From sequence record NC_019538.1: a DNA stretch of 64,000 nucleotides, one strand, 5' to 3'. Both the position numbers and the translations under genes were made by a program. The notes beneath the pieces are model-generated. The model had not been told where the DNA came from and did no database searches. It worked only from the letters and a program-made list of their open reading frames with translations. The stretch's first letter is position 1; each line of letters begins with the position of its first letter. This document shows, piece after piece, positions 63,982-64,000 of this stretch.

Positions 63982-64000
63982 TTCAACAAGATTCTCAGTC

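Overview
A 64-kb segment of a large AT-rich T4-like myophage (Straboviridae-type; an Aeromonas/Vibrio-type host is my inference from gene order and the CTAAATA late promoter). 1-19.6 kb (minus strand) is the baseplate/tail module: 48-53-27-5-[2 inserted plus-strand ORFs]-5.1-5.4-25-6-7-8-9-10-11-12-wac. Gene 7 is interrupted by a 1-nt frameshift. 19.6-26.7 kb (plus) carries 4-2-54-26-(51-like -1 frame)-29-3-1-57A. 26.9-38.6 kb holds a J-domain gene, 11 tRNAs interspersed with long structured non-coding spacers, and late-promoter-driven accessory genes (P-loop kinase with a capsid-targeting-like N-terminus, Hoc, ParB-like, tk). 38.6-43.9 kb (minus) is spanins, an orphan 1329-aa gp36-type fibre, and endolysin. 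43.9-64 kb (minus) is early/accessory genes: macrodomain, Arr-like ADP-ribosyltransferase, asiA, g52, ndd, YqeY-like, an adenine MTase and many small hypotheticals. The main finding is a candidate programmed -1 frameshift (T TTT TTC) at the end of gene 26. It would make a gp26 and a gp51-like fusion from one locus just upstream of the tape measure gene, like lambda G/GT. Also notable are several candidate structured ncRNAs in the tRNA cluster and a duplicated 53-bp origin-like element. All homology calls are from recognition of remembered family motifs; no database search was run.
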